A DNA stretch of 64,000 bases, taken from positions 66,287 to 130,286 of the forward strand of contig CAZRCI010000005.1 of the NCBI GenBank assembly GCA_964598535.1, written 5' to 3'. The notes beneath the pieces were generated by a model. That model did no database searches. It was given only the letters and a program-made list of their open reading frames with translations, and was not told the DNA's origin. The DNA comes from an uncultured Planctomycetaceae bacterium (lineage in GTDB: Bacteria > Planctomycetota > Planctomycetia > Pirellulales > PALSA-1355). The translations under genes were made by a program, and so were the position numbers. Below, piece by piece: positions 60,636-64,000 of the stretch. Positions within the stretch are counted from its first letter, which is position 1. Each line of letters begins with the position of its first letter.

Positions 60636-61469
60636 ATGAAGCACAAGCTCACCGTCATCATCCCGTGCAAGGACGAGCGGCTGAATATCCGGCCGTGCGT
60701 CATTTCGGCGAAGCTTGTAGCCGACGAGCTGATCGTGGCCGACTCCGGCTCGACCGACGGCACGTTGGACGTCGTTCGCGAGTTGGGTGGCTGCCGAATC
60801 ATCGAACGCGAGTACATCAACTCGGGAAACTTCAAAAACTGGGCCATTCCGCAGGCCACGCACGAATGGGTTATGATTCTCGACTCGGACGAGCGCGTTA
60901 CGCCGGAACTGGCCGAGGAGATCAACACGCTGCTGACCGCCGGACCACGCCACGACGGCTACGAGATCTATCGGGCGAATTATTTTCTGGGGCATCACAT
61001 CCGCCATGCCGGCTGGGGCGCGGATAAGGTGTTGCGGTTGTTTCGCCGCGATCAAGGGCGCTATCAGGGCGAGAGCGACCATGCCGAAGTCGCAATTGCC
61101 ACGGGACGCGTCTCGCGACTCAAGCATCGTCTCCAGCATTTCACCTACTGGAGCTACGACCAGTATTTCCGCAAGCTCCAGCGCTATAGCGTGCAAGGCG
61201 CCGAGAACAAGTTGAAGGCCGGCAAACGGGTGAACTTCTGGGAGATGGCTGTCGCGCCTCCCTTGCGTTTTTTGCATTGCTATATTTTCCGCCTCGGTTT
61301 CCTCGACGGCCTAGCGGGGCTTCAGATCAGCATGCTGACCGGCTACTCATCGTTCGCCAAGCAGATTCGGATGTGGGAGATGCAACACGGGCGGCCGCAA
61401 CCAGATCCCGAGGCCGAGCACCGGCAAAAGCGAACCCTCGAAGCCGAATCGCGGCGCGACGCGGCCTGA
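60636..61469 (+). CDS. Family-2 glycosyltransferase (LPS-core type)
   Basis: MKHKLTVIIPCKDE...ELIVADSGSTDGT...ILDSDERV, the pattern of small core-oligosaccharide GT2 enzymes. Confidence 0.88.
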   Translation: MKHKLTVIIPCKDERLNIRPCVISAKLVADELIVADSGSTDGTLDVVRELGGCRIIEREYINSGNFKNWAIPQATHEWVMILDSDERVTPELAEEINTLLTAGPRHDGYEIYRANYFLGHHIRHAGWGADKVLRLFRRDQGRYQGESDHAEVAIATGRVSRLKHRLQHFTYWSYDQYFRKLQRYSVQGAENKLKAGKRVNFWEMAVAPPLRFLHCYIFRLGFLDGLAGLQISMLTGYSSFAKQIRMWEMQHGRPQPDPEAEHRQKRTLEAESRRDAA

Positions 61470-61515
61470 CCTTTCCGATGGCGGGCACAGGACAACGATT
61501 AGCGAACACAGGGCA

Positions 61516-62574
61516 ATGATGACGAAGTTCAAGCGGCCACGGATTCTACTGCTCCGCAACGATCGAATTGGCGATCTGGTGCTGACGCTGCCGGCAGTCG
61601 AGGCGTTGCGCCGCCATCTCCCCGAGGCGCATCTAACGCTGTGCGTCAGCCCCTATGCGGCGCCGCTGATCGCCGGATTCGAGGCAATCGACGATGTGCT
61701 GCTCGATGATCCGGGCGAGAAGGCTTGGAGATTTTCGCGGCGGCTGCGGAGCCAGCAATTCGACGCGGCGCTGGTGTTCAACACCAACACTCGCAATGCG
61801 CTAGCCGTGCGGCTGGCCGGAATTCGGCGGCGCGTCGTGTGGGGCTACAAGCCGGTCGGCATGCTCACGGCCACGCATCCGGTGCGCGTGCATCGCAGTC
61901 GCCCGCCGATCCACGAGTCGGAGTTCGCCATGCGCTTCGTCGAACAGCTTGGCGTGCCGCGGGGCGCGAATCCGATCGAGACGCGACTGCCCGTGGATTT
62001 GGCGACACGGTCGCGCATGCAGAGCCTGATTCAGGACGCGATTGGCGGTGAAGGATTGCTGTTTGGAGTGCATCCGGGCAATAAGAAAAGCGCTTATAAC
62101 TGGCCGGTGGCCAGGTATGCCGAACTGGTCCGGCGCCTGGCGGAACGTGGTCGCGTGTTGGTAACCGGAAGTGCAGAGGAAGGGCCCCTGGTCGAAAGTG
62201 CTTGTAGTAGGCTCGCGGCAAAGCAACGTTCACGCGTGCTGATGCTGACGAAACTCGCATTGCCGGAGCTGGTGGCGGTGATCTCCCTTGAAAATACGCT
62301 CGTGGCGTCGAGCACGGGCCCCATGCACGTGGCGGGCGTCGTGGGGACTCGGACCGTCGCGTTGTTCAGTCCCCACCCGGCGCACGTGCCGGCAAAGTGG
62401 GCTCCGTTGGGAACGAATCATACACTGTTGGTGGCGCCTCTGATGGCCGGTGAAGACGCGGCCGTGCCCGGCGAGCGGGGCGAGGAACTCATGGACCGGA
62501 TTGAAGTGGACGAGGTGTTCCACGCGGCGGTTCGCCAGGCCCTGGGAAGCGTCACGGCCTCGCACGCCGCCTAA
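61516..62574 (+). CDS. Family-9 glycosyltransferase (ADP-heptose:LPS heptosyltransferase)
   Basis: N-terminal RILLLRNDRIGDLVLTLPA, and C-terminal STGPMHVAG, typical of GT9. Confidence 0.9.
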   Translation: MMTKFKRPRILLLRNDRIGDLVLTLPAVEALRRHLPEAHLTLCVSPYAAPLIAGFEAIDDVLLDDPGEKAWRFSRRLRSQQFDAALVFNTNTRNALAVRLAGIRRRVVWGYKPVGMLTATHPVRVHRSRPPIHESEFAMRFVEQLGVPRGANPIETRLPVDLATRSRMQSLIQDAIGGEGLLFGVHPGNKKSAYNWPVARYAELVRRLAERGRVLVTGSAEEGPLVESACSRLAAKQRSRVLMLTKLALPELVAVISLENTLVASSTGPMHVAGVVGTRTVALFSPHPAHVPAKWAPLGTNHTLLVAPLMAGEDAAVPGERGEELMDRIEVDEVFHAAVRQALGSVTASHAA

Positions 62575-62620
62575 AGGAAACCGCCCCCTTGGAAATGCCA
62601 AGAGCATCGCGCGGCGGGAG

Positions 62621-63268
62621 ATGTCTCACGTGACACGGCCGGCAATTTTTCTCGATCGCGACGGCACACTGATCGAAGACGTGGGCTTTCCGCATCGGCC
62701 GGAAGATCTACGCATCTTGCCGGGAGTCGAAACGGCGCTCGCTCGATTGCAGCGCCTCGATTATTCCCTGGTGCTCGTGACGAATCAGTCTGGCATTGCG
62801 CGGGGATACTTCAGCGAAGACGCGATGCATGCGTTTCACGCATTATTGCGCGCGCGGCTGGAGGAGGCCGGAGTGCGGTTGGCAGCGATTTACCACTGTC
62901 CCTATCATCCGGAGGCAAGCATCGCACGCTACCGCCGCGACTCACCGTTGCGTAAGCCGCGGCCGGGAATGTTGTTGTTGGCCGCGGAGGCATTGGGGCT
63001 CGATTTGGCCGCGAGCTATATGGTGGGCGACAAGCGGTCTGACGTGCTAGCGGGGCAAGCGGCCGGCTGCCGGACGGTGTTGCTCCAAAGCGGAAAGCGT
63101 GACGAAGGCGTGGCAGAGTCGCTAGCAACCGCGGACTTCGTGGCGGTGGACCTTTCGGCGGCTGTTGAGCGAATTGCCGCCGCTAGAGAAAATGCCATTT
63201 CCAGGCGTGAGAAGGCCGCGTATCCTGCCTGCCCGGTGACGGAGCAATCGGTTGGAGTCAGGCAGTGA
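62621..63268 (+). CDS. gmhB: D-glycero-D-manno-heptose 1,7-bisphosphate phosphatase
   Basis: HAD motifs FLDRDGTLIED, LVTNQSGIARG, RKPRPGM and GDKRSDVLAG. Start at ATG 62621. Confidence 0.9.
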   Translation: MSHVTRPAIFLDRDGTLIEDVGFPHRPEDLRILPGVETALARLQRLDYSLVLVTNQSGIARGYFSEDAMHAFHALLRARLEEAGVRLAAIYHCPYHPEASIARYRRDSPLRKPRPGMLLLAAEALGLDLAASYMVGDKRSDVLAGQAAGCRTVLLQSGKRDEGVAESLATADFVAVDLSAAVERIAAARENAISRREKAAYPACPVTEQSVGVRQ

Positions 63269-64000
63269 ACATCGGAATCTTCATTCCGAACTGGATTGGC
63301 GATGCGGCAATGAGCACGCCGACATTGCGCGCGTTGCGGCGCCACTATGGGCCGGGCGCCAGGCTCACGGGCATCATGCGCCCCTATGTGGCCGACGCGC
63401 TAGCCGGTACTCCCTGGCTGGACGCCCAGATTTTTCACAATCCGCGGTCGCAAAACGCCGCCGAACGTACCTGGGCGACGCTGCGTGCCCTGCGCCGCGA
63501 ACGATTTGACATCATTGCGCTGTTGACCAATTCGATTCGCACGGGCGTTTTGGCCAAAGCCTCGGGCGCTCCGGTGCGCGTGGGTTACATGCGTCCTGGT
63601 CGGGGGCTGCTGCTTTCGCATCCCATCCATGAGGAACGAGAGAAACGCCGCCGCGTGCCGCGGCCGGAAATCGATTCGTACCTGCGAATCGCGTACACGT
63701 TGGGCTGCCCGCCCGAGTCGCCGCGGATCGAGTTGGCAACCTCAGCGGCCGATGAAACGCTAGCCGATGCGGTTTGGCAGAAACATAACTTGCCGGAGGG
63801 TGAGCGGGTTGTGGTCATCAACTCGAGTGGGGCATACGGAGCCGCAAAACTTTGGCCGAGCGAGTATTTCGGCCGGCTGGCCAAGCAGCTTGTCACGCGA
63901 CAAGACCTGCACGTGCTGGTCGTATGTGGGCCGAACGAACGCGAGCATGCGCGCGAGATCGTTCGCATTGCCGGAGACGAGCGGGTTGTGAGCCTGGCGG
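63265..64000 (+). CDS. Second family-9 glycosyltransferase (heptosyltransferase), 3'-truncated by the window end
   Basis: GTG start overlaps the gmhB stop (GTGA). My own translation gives VNIGIFIPNWIGDAAMSTPTLRALRR...VVINSSGAYGAAKLWP, GT9-like. It is absent from the ORF track because no stop lies within the window. Confidence 0.85.
   Translation, partial: MNIGIFIPNWIGDAAMSTPTLRALRRHYGPGARLTGIMRPYVADALAGTPWLDAQIFHNPRSQNAAERTWATLRALRRERFDIIALLTNSIRTGVLAKASGAPVRVGYMRPGRGLLLSHPIHEEREKRRRVPRPEIDSYLRIAYTLGCPPESPRIELATSAADETLADAVWQKHNLPEGERVVVINSSGAYGAAKLWPSEYFGRLAKQLVTRQDLHVLVVCGPNEREHAREIVRIAGDERVVSLA

Noticed and set aside
1-64000. Search for CRISPR arrays, IS elements or transposases, integrases, prophage genes, rRNA and tRNA
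   Set aside because: None was seen. The only repeats are short (14-18 bp, 2-4 copies), and gene content is housekeeping or envelope-related. There are no compositional islands apart from small AT-rich promoter patches.

Overview
GC-rich, densely coding bacterial chromosomal window with about 55 protein genes. I saw no rRNA, tRNA, CRISPR array, transposase or integrase. Several traits suggest a Planctomycetota (Pirellulales-like) genome, by inference only: a DUF1559 / H-X9-DG pseudopilin-like protein, a short second SecA paralogue, a long NagB-LmbE fusion, many lipoproteins and low-complexity exported proteins, and mostly SD-less starts.

Gene order:
- 120-11795: complex I genes nuoF-G-H-I-J-K-L-M-N
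- 12007-13939: a degenerate PAS-AAA+-HTH regulator plus a pseudo-receiver
- 14021-15109: mrp/apbC
- 15359-15433: a 24-codon Lys/Ala micro-ORF behind an AT-rich, repeat-laden leader
- 15814-18704: lpxB, M50 protease and SGNH hydrolase (minus strand)
- 19008-20139: two Cys-rich exported proteins (tandem YHS-like, poly-Cys)
- 20276-21527: CYTH enzyme and TlpA-like thioredoxin
- 21561-23135: a Clp_N-ThiE fusion
- 24119-26656: clpC
- 27009-30074: Mla-like mlaE/F/D
- 30114-33792: PEGA lipoprotein, PP2C phosphatase, GT87/DUF2029 membrane protein
- 34046-37082: histidine kinase plus NtrC-type response regulator
- 37128-43968: lexA, nagB fusion, DUF1559 protein, purB, SAMHD1-like HD hydrolase
- 44426-53832: large exported proteins around a truncated SecA paralogue
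- 53908-57551: queG, rnk, an esterase, a DUF420 protein
- 57684-64000: heptose/LPS inner-core cluster (GT2, hldE, GT2, GT9, gmhB, GT9 partial)

No region looks horizontally acquired. The candidates most worth follow-up are:
- the Lys/Ala micro-ORF unit
- the truncated SecA with its neighbourhood of exported low-complexity proteins
- the catalytically dead bEBP plus pseudo-receiver pair
- the YHS/poly-Cys pair
- the Clp_N-ThiE fusion

All calls come from reading the sequence and ORF translations. No database search was run.
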